From contig CP051526.1 of NCBI GenBank assembly GCA_050916045.1, positions 3,264,001-3,328,000 of the forward strand: 64,000 bases of DNA, written 5' to 3'. Under the pieces are notes generated by a model. It was not told where the DNA came from. It searched no databases and saw only the letters and a list, made by a program, of their open reading frames with translations. The DNA comes from Tepidisphaera sp. (GTDB lineage: Bacteria > Planctomycetota > Phycisphaerae > Phycisphaerales > UBA1924). Below are positions 39,656 to 49,385 of this stretch, one piece after another. Numbering within the stretch: the first letter of the stretch is position 1; every line of letters begins with the position of its first letter. Position numbers and translations under genes: made by a program.

Positions 39656-40045
39656 TTAGATGCCGCCGCGAACCTTCTTGGCGTACGCGACCTTGGCACG
39701 AGCGGCTTCAGCTTCGGGGCCGGAAGCCTTCTGAAGCTCGGCTTCGGCGTCGGCGATGGAGACCGACTCGCCCGTGAAGGCCTTCTCAGCCAGCACGAGA
39801 AGCTCATTGCCTTCCATGCGGGCGACGCCACCGTTGACGAAGAGGGACCGCGTGCCGCCCTGACCCTTGGTGGAGTCGGCGATGTCCAGGCGAAGCTCAC
39901 CAGCACCCAGACGGGCGAGGATCGGGGCCCGTCCGGGCAGGAAGCCCATCGAGCCGTCCCACGCCGGCAACTGCACATACTTGACCTCTTCGTTCAACAT
40001 CGAAGCGGTCGGCGTCACAACTCGGCAGCGAAAGCTCTGGGCCAC
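39656..40045 (-). CDS. atpC: F1F0 ATP synthase epsilon subunit
   Basis: VVTP, LPAWDGSMGFLPGRAP, FVNGG, VLAE; GGAG SD + GTG. Confidence 0.85.
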   Translation of the reverse strand: MAQSFRCRVVTPTASMLNEEVKYVQLPAWDGSMGFLPGRAPILARLGAGELRLDIADSTKGQGGTRSLFVNGGVARMEGNELLVLAEKAFTGESVSIADAEAELQKASGPEAEAARAKVAYAKKVRGGI

Positions 40046-40139
40046 GGCGATCTCCAAACTCCCGCCCGGCAATTCCCACCCGGGGCGAGGGCCCAATAGT
40101 ACGCCCAAGACCCCGTGAGTTCACCCCGAGCCGAACCGA

Positions 40140-41099
40140 ATGCAAGATCGCCCTTTCACACCCCGAATCTGCCTCGCGGTCAGCCTGCTGGCGGCTTTGG
40201 GAGCGGGTTCGGCGCGTCTTGTTCTGGGTCCGGACGGCATTTCGCTCCCGGAGGGGGATCTTTTCGAGCTTCGCGGGCTTCGGGTGCTGTCGGGGCTAAC
40301 GGTCGGGGCTTCCCTGGGTGTCGCGGGAACGCTGATGCAGTCCCTGCTGCGTAACCCGTTGGCATCGCCGGACTTGATGGGGGTCGCCTCGGGGTCCGGG
40401 CTTTTCGTGATGCTCGCGGCGCTGGTGGCGGGGCCGCTGGGATGGTCATTTGGGGTACTGGCGGCGCCGGCGGCCCTAGCGGGGGCGTTGGTGACGCTGA
40501 CGCTCATCTTTGCGCTGGCCCGGACGCGCGGGGGAGCCTCGGTGGTCGGGCTGACGCTGATCGGCGTGGCAATCGGGTTCATGTTCGGGTCGGCGGGGAT
40601 GCTGGTGCAGCACCTGCTGGCGGATCGGGGGCTGGCGGCGCAGCGATGGCTTTTGGGGTCGCTGCGCGATGACCTGCCGGTGTGGGCGGTGCTTACGTGC
40701 TTGGCGGTGGTGGGCGCGGGGCTGGCGGCCGGCATGACGCGGGCTCGGGCGATGGATGTCTCGGCGCTGGGGGATGAAGCGGCGCGGACGATGGGGGTTT
40801 CACTCGCCAAGCACCGCGCGGTGCTTTTCTTTCTCTCGGGCATGCTCGCGGCGGTCTCGGTGTACCTGGCGGGCCCGATCGGGTTCGTGGGCCTGATCGC
40901 GCCGCACCTGGTTCGGCTGATGGCGGGGCCTGGACATCGGACGCTCCTCCCGGCGTCCGCCCTGATCGGAGCGGCGATCGTCGTCGCGGCGGACTGCGCG
41001 GTGCGAGCCCTAGACCTTCCGTCCGGCCGCTTGCCGCTGGGCGTGGTAACAAGCCTGATCGGCGGGCCGGTGCTGATCGCGATGCTAAGGAAGCGGTAG
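40140..41099 (+). CDS. FecCD/BtuC-family ABC permease
   Basis: LMQSLLRNPLASP, LGDEAA..MG, GPIGFVGLIAPH, LPLGVVT..IGGP. Confidence 0.9.
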   Translation: MQDRPFTPRICLAVSLLAALGAGSARLVLGPDGISLPEGDLFELRGLRVLSGLTVGASLGVAGTLMQSLLRNPLASPDLMGVASGSGLFVMLAALVAGPLGWSFGVLAAPAALAGALVTLTLIFALARTRGGASVVGLTLIGVAIGFMFGSAGMLVQHLLADRGLAAQRWLLGSLRDDLPVWAVLTCLAVVGAGLAAGMTRARAMDVSALGDEAARTMGVSLAKHRAVLFFLSGMLAAVSVYLAGPIGFVGLIAPHLVRLMAGPGHRTLLPASALIGAAIVVAADCAVRALDLPSGRLPLGVVTSLIGGPVLIAMLRKR

Positions 41100-41229
41100 G
41101 CAGTTCTTGCGCCAAACTCGACGTCGTCTGGATGGAAATCCCAAGCGGGTTACGTAGCCCACTTCTGTGCCGCATCCCTCCACGTTCTGGACGGGTGATC
41201 TATGCTGTCGGGTTTCCTGGAGGCAACGA

Positions 41230-42807
41230 ATGAACATGTTCTTCCGCCCAATTGCGTTCATCGTGACGGCCGCTCTGTCGTGCTCATCGTTCGCGACGAA
41301 CCTGCGAAGCGATCAGCCCCAAACTGATACCCCGCCGCCCAAAGGCGAGCCGGCGGACGCTCCGAAAGCAAAGCCTCGGCCCGTGGCGCCCGACGGGCTC
41401 GCGACGACGGCGCGCCTCGCTTCTTTCTATGTGCAGGGAACCGGCAAGTTTGAGGGGAAGGACGTCAAGTCCGGCGGTCCCGGCTTTCTCGTCTCCGCGG
41501 ACGGGACGGGCGTGGTCGCGATCGATGCACTGCTGGGGTCGACCTCGGCGAAAGCCCGGTTCGCGGGTGTGAAGAACGCTTTCGACCTGCAGCTCCTCGC
41601 TGTTGTCCCGGACGAAGGCCTGGCGTTGGTGAAGATGGATCTTTCCGGCATTGCCAAGAAAGACATGCCGCAACCAGTGACGATCGCGACCGAACCGCCG
41701 AACGCCCCCGCGGAAGTCTGGTGCGTGGCGCCTTCGCCGGCAGGCGGGGCGGCGACGACGCTGGGGGCAACCGCGACGGCGGTCCGATCGCTTCGCGAGT
41801 ATCCGGCACGCGTCGCCGAGGAAGCCGACTTCTCGATGACGACCACGTGGTTCGAGACGGACCTGCACATCGCCCAGCTTTCGGGCTATCTGCCGGTGTT
41901 CGACCGAGCCGGGAGGGTCGTCGGGCTCGCGTTGTCCGCGCCCCGGACGGCCCAGCGAGGATCGCTGGTCCGCACCACGGAAGCTCTCCTCGACATGATT
42001 TCGAAAGCTCCAAAGCAGCCCATCGCTTGGAGCACGCTTTCGAGCGAGGCCACCATCGAAGGCACGCCGAGCAGCCTCAAGCCGGCTTTCATCCGGCAGC
42101 GAGCGACGGTGAAGCCCGGCGCCGCGCTTCAGACGGCGCTCACCACGCTGAAGAAGGACTACTGCTGCTCCAAGTGCCACGGCCGGGGGCAGGTCGCCGT
42201 CCAGGTCATGGTCACTCCGCCCAGGCAGAAGTTCGGTGCCAACGGGATTCTCCTGGGACTCGAGCCCGCCGTCTTCCGGACCGACTACCCGATCTGCGAC
42301 CTTTGCGACGGGCGAAAGTACGACGAGACCGACGACCTGTACCGCGTGGTTTCGACGGTGCTCTGGTCGCAGCGCAAGCTGCCCGTCGAGGATGACGATC
42401 GAAAGAAGCACATGGAGCGGTCGACCTCGATCTTCGATCAGGTCGCTTCGTGGGACTTGCTCGGCCTTTCGCGGACGGTGACCAATCGATCCATTGCCCT
42501 GATCAGCGGCAAGCCGGACGGCGGAGAGACCGTGATGCTCGTCGGCTTTCTCACAAGCATCAAGGATGCCGACGGCAAGCGTGTCTGCGACATCTCGGTG
42601 GACACCAACTACGACCTCGCTCTGGACCAAGTCACGACGATGCGAGTTCAGGTCGAAGCGCCCGAGACTTTCACGGCCACGCTCAATGAGCCGGTGTTCG
42701 TGGCTTCGCTGCTCGAACGCAAAGCCGTCGAAGGCGGGATCACCGTCGGGTACCTTCGCGGAGGAGGGATCCACGCCGCACGCAAGGACCTCCGCGAGAA
42801 GCGATAG
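41230..42807 (+). CDS. Secreted protein with degenerate trypsin-like domain and CxxCxGxG zinc finger
   Basis: Signal peptide; GFLVSADG, LALVK, PVFDRAGRVVG; CSKCHGRG and CDLCDGRK. Confidence 0.6.
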   Translation: MNMFFRPIAFIVTAALSCSSFATNLRSDQPQTDTPPPKGEPADAPKAKPRPVAPDGLATTARLASFYVQGTGKFEGKDVKSGGPGFLVSADGTGVVAIDALLGSTSAKARFAGVKNAFDLQLLAVVPDEGLALVKMDLSGIAKKDMPQPVTIATEPPNAPAEVWCVAPSPAGGAATTLGATATAVRSLREYPARVAEEADFSMTTTWFETDLHIAQLSGYLPVFDRAGRVVGLALSAPRTAQRGSLVRTTEALLDMISKAPKQPIAWSTLSSEATIEGTPSSLKPAFIRQRATVKPGAALQTALTTLKKDYCCSKCHGRGQVAVQVMVTPPRQKFGANGILLGLEPAVFRTDYPICDLCDGRKYDETDDLYRVVSTVLWSQRKLPVEDDDRKKHMERSTSIFDQVASWDLLGLSRTVTNRSIALISGKPDGGETVMLVGFLTSIKDADGKRVCDISVDTNYDLALDQVTTMRVQVEAPETFTATLNEPVFVASLLERKAVEGGITVGYLRGGGIHAARKDLREKR

Positions 42808-42825
42808 GTCTCCGTAGAATCCGAC

Positions 42826-43323
42826 ATGCTCATCCGCCCCGCGACGCCTGCTGATGTCTCTGTCATGGTCCGGTTCATCCGCGAGCTCGCGGAGTACGAG
42901 AAGCTCCTGCATGTCTGCCGGACGAGCGAAGCCGGGCTGGCGGCTTCGCTCTTTCCAGAGCAAACCGGAAAGGGCGGCCATCCCGTCGCGGAAGCGATCA
43001 TCGGCGAGCTTGACGGCGTGCCGCAGGGGATGGCTCTGTTCTTCACGAACTTCTCGACGTTCGAGTGCAAGCCCGGGCTTTATCTTGAGGACCTGTACGT
43101 GACGCCCGCGGCCCGCGGGAAGGGCCTGGGCAAAGCTCTGCTGGTCCGCCTCGCGCAGATCGCGGTCGAGCGCGGGTACGCACGGTTCGAGTGGTCGGTG
43201 CTGGACTGGAACGAGCCGGCGATCGGGTTCTACAAGAAGCTCGGCGCGGTGCCGATGGACGAGTGGACGGTTTTCCGGGTCGCCGGGCCGGCGCTCGGCG
43301 CTTTGGCTTCCCACTCGAAGTGA
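42826..43323 (+). CDS. GNAT N-acetyltransferase (SSAT-like)
   Basis: ELAEYEK, LYLEDLYV, RGKGLG, VLDWN..AIGFY. Confidence 0.9.
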   Translation: MLIRPATPADVSVMVRFIRELAEYEKLLHVCRTSEAGLAASLFPEQTGKGGHPVAEAIIGELDGVPQGMALFFTNFSTFECKPGLYLEDLYVTPAARGKGLGKALLVRLAQIAVERGYARFEWSVLDWNEPAIGFYKKLGAVPMDEWTVFRVAGPALGALASHSK

Positions 43324-45134
43324 CGCGGTGCTTCGGCGAGAGCGTCGCCCCAGATCGCGAGATTGACCAGGGGCCAGGCGAGGCGCCAGTTGCCGGGCAT
43401 GTCGCTCGCGACGACGTCGATCACCTCGGGCCGCACGAGGTCGCTCAGCCACGCGGATTCGCGAAGCCGCGGCGCGAGGTCGGCGATCCATCGCTCGAAC
43501 GGCAGTGGGAAACTGGCTTTTCTCCGTCCGAGCACCTCCGCGGGCACAAGATCGGCGAACGCGCGGCGAAGAGCGATCTTGGAGTCCGTCGCGTCACCGG
43601 CTTGGAAGCCGGCGGCGGTGCTTCGAAGCCGGATCTTCTCGGTTGAGCTGAGTTTCTCGGCGAGCGTGCACACTCGAGCATCCGCGAACGGCGTGCGTCC
43701 TTCGACGGACGCGAGCATGGTCGCGGAATCAAGCCTGCGAAGCAACCCTTCGAGGTTGACGCGACGCTGATACCGCAGGTTCCGCTCGACGGCGTCCCCC
43801 GGGACCAAACCCGCCTCGCGGCCGATGGATTCGAAGGTCTCGGCGATGAACCGCTTCGTTTGGCTTCCGCCATCGCACGCCGCCCACGCTTCAGGCGTCA
43901 TGACGTGCGCGAGCCCGTCGATCGGCACCCAGGCGTGCGTCGAGGTCCAGAACTCTTCGGGAGCGATGCCGGAAGCTTCCGCTTGGGCCGCCGCCGCGAG
44001 CACCGCGTCATACCCGCCGAAAAGCTCATCGGCCCCCTCGCCGCTCAGCGTGACAACCTTTCCGTCCGCTCGCATCGCTCTCGCGACCTCCGCGATGGCG
44101 ACCTCGTTGGGCGTGCTCAGCGGAACGCCGAGCGAGCGGACCAATTCCGGGACGCGAGCGTGGAACGCTTCTCGCGAGACGCCGACGCGGGTGTGCTTGG
44201 TGCCGAGGATCGCCGCGACGCGCTCCGCGTAGGCGAAGTCCTCCCCCACCGCTTCGGGCCCGTCCTCGGCTCCGGCGCAGTACGTGTGAAGCGAGCCAAG
44301 CTCGCGAGAAGCGATCGCCGCGATGATCGTGCTATCCAGACCCCCCGAAAGCAAACAGCAGAGGGGGACGTCCGAACGAAGATGGGCCCGCACCGAATCT
44401 GTGACGACGCTTCGAACATCGCGGTCGGCCGCTTGCTCGACGTCCCTCGGCGTATGGATGACCGTCGCCTGAACGCGTCCCGAAGGCGCAAGCTCAAGCC
44501 ATTCGCCGGGCCGGAGCGTGCGCACGCTTTCGAACATCGTGCGTGTGCCGAGCGTGGTGCGGATCGTCGAGAGATACGACGCGACGCCGACGGGATCGGG
44601 CTTGGGTTTGCCGCTTGAGACCCACGCCGCGACGGGCACGGGCACGCTCGCGAACGCGAGAGCATCCTCGCGTGTGGCGAAGAAGAGCGGCTTGATCCCC
44701 ATCACATCGCGGCCGAGCGTCAGCGTGCCGGTCTGCGTGTCGAGCACGGCGAGGACGAACATCCCGCGAAGCCTGGCGCCGGCTTGCAACCCCCAGGCCG
44801 CGACCGCCGCGAGCACCGTCTCGGTGTCGGTCTGCGTCCGGAAAGTCCAGCGACCCGCCAGGGACCGACGGACCTCCGCATCGTTGTAAAGCTCGCCGTT
44901 GTACGTGATCACCCAGCGTCCGCAGGGCGAAGCCATCGGCTGCGCCCCTTCCGGACCCGGCGCGACGACCGCAAGCCGGCGATGCCCGAGCACCGCCGTC
45001 CAGCTTTCCCGCTCGAAATCCGCGACCCCCTCGCCGTCGGGCCCTCGGGCGAACATCGCGGCGCACGCCGCCTCCACCCAAACGCGATCGCGCGGAGACC
45101 TTCCAAGACGCACCATGCCCGCGATCCCGCACAT
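43230..45134 (-). CDS. asnB: Asparagine synthase (glutamine-hydrolysing) family amidotransferase
   Basis: MCGIAG, GHRRLA, NGELYN, LSGGLDS, LSGEGADELFGGY, EGRTPF. Confidence 0.88.
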   Translation of the reverse strand: MCGIAGMVRLGRSPRDRVWVEAACAAMFARGPDGEGVADFERESWTAVLGHRRLAVVAPGPEGAQPMASPCGRWVITYNGELYNDAEVRRSLAGRWTFRTQTDTETVLAAVAAWGLQAGARLRGMFVLAVLDTQTGTLTLGRDVMGIKPLFFATREDALAFASVPVPVAAWVSSGKPKPDPVGVASYLSTIRTTLGTRTMFESVRTLRPGEWLELAPSGRVQATVIHTPRDVEQAADRDVRSVVTDSVRAHLRSDVPLCCLLSGGLDSTIIAAIASRELGSLHTYCAGAEDGPEAVGEDFAYAERVAAILGTKHTRVGVSREAFHARVPELVRSLGVPLSTPNEVAIAEVARAMRADGKVVTLSGEGADELFGGYDAVLAAAAQAEASGIAPEEFWTSTHAWVPIDGLAHVMTPEAWAACDGGSQTKRFIAETFESIGREAGLVPGDAVERNLRYQRRVNLEGLLRRLDSATMLASVEGRTPFADARVCTLAEKLSSTEKIRLRSTAAGFQAGDATDSKIALRRAFADLVPAEVLGRRKASFPLPFERWIADLAPRLRESAWLSDLVRPEVIDVVASDMPGNWRLAWPLVNLAIWGDALAEAPRHFEWEAKAPSAGPATRKTVHSSIGTAPSFL

Positions 45135-45260
45135 GGTCCAACCATCGGCCCACTCGGTGCCGGATGCTCAATCCCAAGCCTCGCCGCGACCGAACCGGCA
45201 CCGCGCGGCCTCCGGCGAGCGTTATCCGACGTGTTATCCGGCGGCTCTCAGCACCGAAGC

Positions 45261-45701
45261 TCAACACGGAGTCATCGTGAACCGCCAACGGCTGCCGGAC
45301 TCTTCCCGCGAGCCGGCGAACCGGAACTGGCGGTTGCGGTGCGGCTTGGTCCACCAGGAGGCTTCGAAAAGCACCTGGTCCGAAGCGTCGACCATGTCCG
45401 GCAGCGGGAAGCTGACCGCACCTTCCGCCACACGCGTGACTGTGCCGCGGCCGCCGCCGATGTCACCCTCGAAGGTCAGATAGATGTCGCGGTGGTCGCC
45501 CAGCGGCTCGGCCCAGAAGAACCCGCCGTCGCCATCCGCCGTCAGCGGAAGCTGGTCGATCCGTTGGGAGACGCGCCAGGTGCGAAGGCCCGACTTGCCG
45601 TTTGGTCCCGGCGCGGATGCTCCGAGCTTCACCATGAAGTCAAAGTGGTGCGAGCCATCAGGCAGGTCGTGCCGCAGGAGGACCATCGTGGGGGTGTCCA
45701 T
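45261..45701 (-). CDS. Stand-alone LigD phosphoesterase-like (DNA polymerase/ligase N-terminal) domain protein
   Basis: LRHD..HFDF, LRTW, DHRDIYLTFEG.I..GRG.V. Confidence 0.75.
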   Translation of the reverse strand: MDTPTMVLLRHDLPDGSHHFDFMVKLGASAPGPNGKSGLRTWRVSQRIDQLPLTADGDGGFFWAEPLGDHRDIYLTFEGDIGGGRGTVTRVAEGAVSFPLPDMVDASDQVLFEASWWTKPHRNRQFRFAGSREESGSRWRFTMTPC

Positions 45702-45766
45702 GCGGAAGCGTACACCCGGGCACCAATCTTCACGAGGATCGGACTCCGAATCGCATACGCTCAATC

Positions 45767-46792
45767 ATGCGATATCGACCCCTCGGCACTTCCGGGCTTT
45801 CTGTTTCTGAGATCGGCTTCGGCTGCTGGACGATGGGCGGGCCGAACTGGTCTTCCGCCAACGGGCAGCCGATCGGTTGGGCGGATGTCAAGGAAGATGA
45901 GGTCCTCGCGGGGATCAAAGCCGGCCTCGACGCTGGCGTGAACCACTGGGACAACGCCGACGTCTACGGGAACGGCAAAGCCGAGCGGCTTCTAGGCTCG
46001 TGCCTCAAGAAACTCGGCGTCAAGCCGGGCTCGCAGGTCATCGCGACCAAGGTCGGGCACTTCCGGGGCACCGCGCCGCACGCGTACGAGCCGCGGCACA
46101 TCCGCAACCAGTGTGAGCAGTCGCTCCGCAATCTCGGGGTCGAGACGATCGACCTCTACTACTTCCACCACGGGACCTACGTCGCGCCCGGCTACGACGG
46201 GCGCGACCACGACTACCTCCCCGAAGCGGCCGCGACGATGCACGCGCTCGTGAAGGAGGGCAAGGTCCGGGCGATCGGACAGTCCGCGTACACCGACGAC
46301 GATTTCGAGCGGGCGGTGCCGGTGCTCAAGCCGCACGTCCTTCAGAACAAAGCCAACCTGCGGTTCTCGGATTTCATCCGCTCGGGAAGCCGTCTGCAAG
46401 CCCTGATGACCAAGCACCAGTGCTCGTTCGTCGCGTTCGGGCCGCTTGACCAGGGGATCCTGCTCGACAAGTTCGACCCGGACAACCCGCCGAAGTTCGA
46501 CGAGGGGGACTACCGCACGAACCGGAAGGATTTCGCTCCGGCAACGCTTAGGGGGATCAAGGAGAAGATGGCGAAGGTGCGGGCGCGGTTCGTGCCGGCG
46601 GGGGCGAGCGCGGATGAGACGATCGCGATCCTGTCCTCGGTGGCTTCGCGGTGGGTGCTTTCGCACGCGAACGTCTGCTCGACGATCCCGGGGTTCCGGA
46701 ACGCGAAGCAGGCGGCATGCAACCTGCGAGCGGTGCAGGATTCGCCGATGTCGGCGGAGGATGCGGCGTGGCTGAAGGATCTGTTCGCGTAG
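45767..46792 (+). CDS. Aldo/keto reductase
   Basis: LGTSGLSVSEIGFG, DNADVYG, ATK, IDLYYFH, GKVRAIG. Confidence 0.9.
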   Translation: MRYRPLGTSGLSVSEIGFGCWTMGGPNWSSANGQPIGWADVKEDEVLAGIKAGLDAGVNHWDNADVYGNGKAERLLGSCLKKLGVKPGSQVIATKVGHFRGTAPHAYEPRHIRNQCEQSLRNLGVETIDLYYFHHGTYVAPGYDGRDHDYLPEAAATMHALVKEGKVRAIGQSAYTDDDFERAVPVLKPHVLQNKANLRFSDFIRSGSRLQALMTKHQCSFVAFGPLDQGILLDKFDPDNPPKFDEGDYRTNRKDFAPATLRGIKEKMAKVRARFVPAGASADETIAILSSVASRWVLSHANVCSTIPGFRNAKQAACNLRAVQDSPMSAEDAAWLKDLFA

Positions 46793-46870
46793 GGCGTGGG
46801 AAGGCTCGTTTCCCGGGGGCCCGACGGCCGATATGATCGGACCCAGACCTGATTTTGAACCGGAGATCCC

Positions 46871-47617
46871 ATGCGCCTTTCCAACGCTTGCCTGATTGCT
46901 CGCCAGACTCTTGGCCGAACCGTTGTCCTGACCGCTTTGGTGGCCGCTCCGGCGGTCCTGTCGACGCTCGCCGGCTGCGCCGGCAAGGGCGCCGACGGCG
47001 AGAGCAAAGCCCCGCTGGTCGTCCTTCGCGACCGCGGCGACTACTTCGTCCAGACCAAGCAGGACGACCGGGCTTTGGAGCAGTACCGCACGTATCTGGT
47101 CCGCAAGCCGGAGGACACCGAGGTTCGGTACAAGTACGCCAACACCCTCTCGCGGCTTGGGCAGAAGCCCGAAGCCCGCGAGCAGTTCTCGCAGCTTGTC
47201 GACGTCAGCCCGACGGATGAGCGGTTCATCGAGGGGTACACGCGGTCGCTTTACGAAGCCAACGCGCTACCGGAGCTTGCGGCGTTCCTGAACCGGATGA
47301 CGACGCAGCGGGGATCGGTCGAGGACTACATCCGTCAGGGCGAGTACAACCAGAAAGCCGGTGATCCGGACGGGGCGAAAGCCGCGTATCAGCGGGCGGC
47401 CGAGATCGACGGCGGGCGGAGCAACGCCCCGTGGGTCGCGATGGCGGACATGTACCGCGGCTTGGGCGACCCGAAGAACGAACGGGCGATGATCGAGCGG
47501 GCTCTGTACATCACGCCGATGGACAACGGGCTTTCCAAGCGGTACCGCGAGCTCGGCGGCATTCCGGGCCCGACGGCGGGCGTGCGGCCGGCGGAGTACG
47601 TCGATCGGAAGAAGTAA
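46871..47617 (+). CDS. TPR lipoprotein
   Basis: LAGC lipobox; helical TPR-like repeats. Confidence 0.72.
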   Translation: MRLSNACLIARQTLGRTVVLTALVAAPAVLSTLAGCAGKGADGESKAPLVVLRDRGDYFVQTKQDDRALEQYRTYLVRKPEDTEVRYKYANTLSRLGQKPEAREQFSQLVDVSPTDERFIEGYTRSLYEANALPELAAFLNRMTTQRGSVEDYIRQGEYNQKAGDPDGAKAAYQRAAEIDGGRSNAPWVAMADMYRGLGDPKNERAMIERALYITPMDNGLSKRYRELGGIPGPTAGVRPAEYVDRKK

Positions 47618-47650
47618 GCCGCTCGGCGGCTTGGGAAATCCAAAAAAGTC

Positions 47651-47682
47651 AAAGGGCCCGCTCGATGTGAGCGGGCCCTTTT
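47651..47682. terminator. Bidirectional intrinsic terminator
   Basis: AAAGGGCCCGCTC-GATGT-GAGCGGGCCCTTTT between convergent genes. Confidence 0.8.
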
Positions 47683-47710
47683 GATTTGTCGGATGCGGGG
47701 ACGGGTTCGA

Positions 47711-48745
47711 TCAGTCGATTCGCTGGCCAACGGTGTACTTGGCGAGTGACTCGGCGGAGGCGGGGCCGCCGGTGAAGATACTTCCGGTAGGGTAGTAGAG
47801 GGAAGCGTCCTCGTAGATCCGCGAGCCCTTGAGGGACTCGACGTGGGCGTCGAAGAACGCGGCGTTCATGGACTTGGACCCGTGGCGGATGGAAAGCTTC
47901 ACGGCTTCGCCCTGACTGGGGCTGGACGCGTTGCGGCCGTAGGCGGTGGAGTTCTCGAAGATGGGGCCCGGATCGGTGAACGAGCCGTAGGTTCCGGTCG
48001 TGCCGATGTCGAAGTCGAGCGACAGGCCGTTGGCGCCGCGCTCGAGGTAGCGGTTGCCGTCCATCACCATGATCTTGCGAGAAGAGGCGCCCACGAGGTC
48101 CTCACGGGGGCGGAAGCCGGCCGGAGCGTTGACCGGGGTCGCGAAGGGCATCTGCTCGTAGATGATGCGGTTGCCGTTGGGGAGCAGGGCCGTCGCGCCC
48201 GAGCCGTTGGAGCGGTAATGGAACGCCGAGGGGGAGAGGTAGCTGACCTGCTTGTAGCCGACCTCGCGGATGTGTTCGCGGAAGTCGTTGCTGTCGTCGG
48301 CGTTGCCGAAGAGGGTGGTGTTGAACTCTTTCGCGGCGGCGCAGCCGTACTTGTTGAAGAGCTGGGCGGTGCGTTTGGCGCGGTTGGCCGGCAGACCGGC
48401 GGAGTCGCCCATCACGGGGCTGATCCAGTCGGTGACCGAGGTCGGGGTCGTCGGCGTCTTGTCGCCAAGCAGGGAAGCGCCGCGCGGAGCGCCGATGATG
48501 ACGTTGTGGACCGCGCCGGTCGTGTTCACGCCGGCGTACTGGCCCTTGTTCTCGTTCATGTACATCGACTGGGCCTGCACCAAGCCACGGAGGTTCGCGC
48601 CGCAGGCCACCTGCTGAGCAACGCCGCGAGCCGCGCCCAACGCCGGGAGAAGCAGGCTGATGAGCAGGGCGATGATGGCGATCACCACCAGCAGCTCGAT
48701 CAGCGTGAATGCGTGGCGGACAGAGCGGGCATTCCGTTCAACCAT
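47711..48745 (-). CDS. Prepilin-type N-terminal cleavage/methylation protein with H-X9-DG-like C-terminus
   Basis: [43 protein letters not shown]. Confidence 0.9.
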   Translation of the reverse strand: MVERNARSVRHAFTLIELLVVIAIIALLISLLLPALGAARGVAQQVACGANLRGLVQAQSMYMNENKGQYAGVNTTGAVHNVIIGAPRGASLLGDKTPTTPTSVTDWISPVMGDSAGLPANRAKRTAQLFNKYGCAAAKEFNTTLFGNADDSNDFREHIREVGYKQVSYLSPSAFHYRSNGSGATALLPNGNRIIYEQMPFATPVNAPAGFRPREDLVGASSRKIMVMDGNRYLERGANGLSLDFDIGTTGTYGSFTDPGPIFENSTAYGRNASSPSQGEAVKLSIRHGSKSMNAAFFDAHVESLKGSRIYEDASLYYPTGSIFTGGPASAESLAKYTVGQRID

Positions 48746-48802
48746 GTGCGTGTTCCCCAATGTGCTTGCCTGACGGTCCGACAAGCCGAATGACAGAAGG
48801 AC

Positions 48803-49177
48803 TTACTTTCCGAGGGTGAGTGCTTTGGGCGAGGAGGACGTGACCTTGACCTCGCCGGTGGCTCCGGTGACGGCGGTGGGCTTTATCGACGGGCTGAGGG
48901 AGCCCATGTACCGCGGCGAAACCGTCCACACGCCAGCAGGATTCTGCGACGCAGGGAGGAGGGTGAACTGACCGGTCTCAGGGTTCTTCTCGGGAAGGAC
49001 CGCCGCGACCCGGCCGCCGACCTTGGCTTCGAAAAGGTCGCCGGTCACCACGTCGACGAGCACGATCTTTGAAGTCAGATCAACCGAGCGACCGAAAACA
49101 ACCCTATACGTTGTGAACGCAAGGGCCAGAAAGGCCGCACCGAACAATGCGTAATGCCAGGGTTTCAGGCGATCCAT
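48803..49177 (-). CDS. Small membrane-anchored hypothetical protein
   Basis: MDRLKPWHYALFGAAFLALAF TM segment; co-oriented upstream of the prepilin-type gene. Confidence 0.6.
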   Translation of the reverse strand: MDRLKPWHYALFGAAFLALAFTTYRVVFGRSVDLTSKIVLVDVVTGDLFEAKVGGRVAAVLPEKNPETGQFTLLPASQNPAGVWTVSPRYMGSLSPSIKPTAVTGATGEVKVTSSSPKALTLGK

Positions 49178-49385
49178 TGAAAGCTCTCGGTTGAAGGCCT
49201 CGGACCAGGGCTGAACCGCGCCAGAGCCCCCCAAAGGGCAGACGCCCGCCGGCGAACCCGGCGAGCCCAAGTGTATCAGAACGGTTCCCGACCCTCCACC
49301 AAGCCTCGCGGCGGTTTCACGGTCCCCACACACTCGGACCCCGCGGACCGGGGAAAAGCTGTCGGGAGACCCCTCCGCGGCACCC

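Noticed and set aside
43230..45134. Lasso peptide cyclase
   Set aside because: Intact N-terminal Cys glutaminase domain; no B protein or precursor nearby
45218..45242. GTTATCCG direct repeat as DnaA boxes or oriC
   Set aside because: Does not match TTATCCACA well; only two copies and no AT-rich unwinding region
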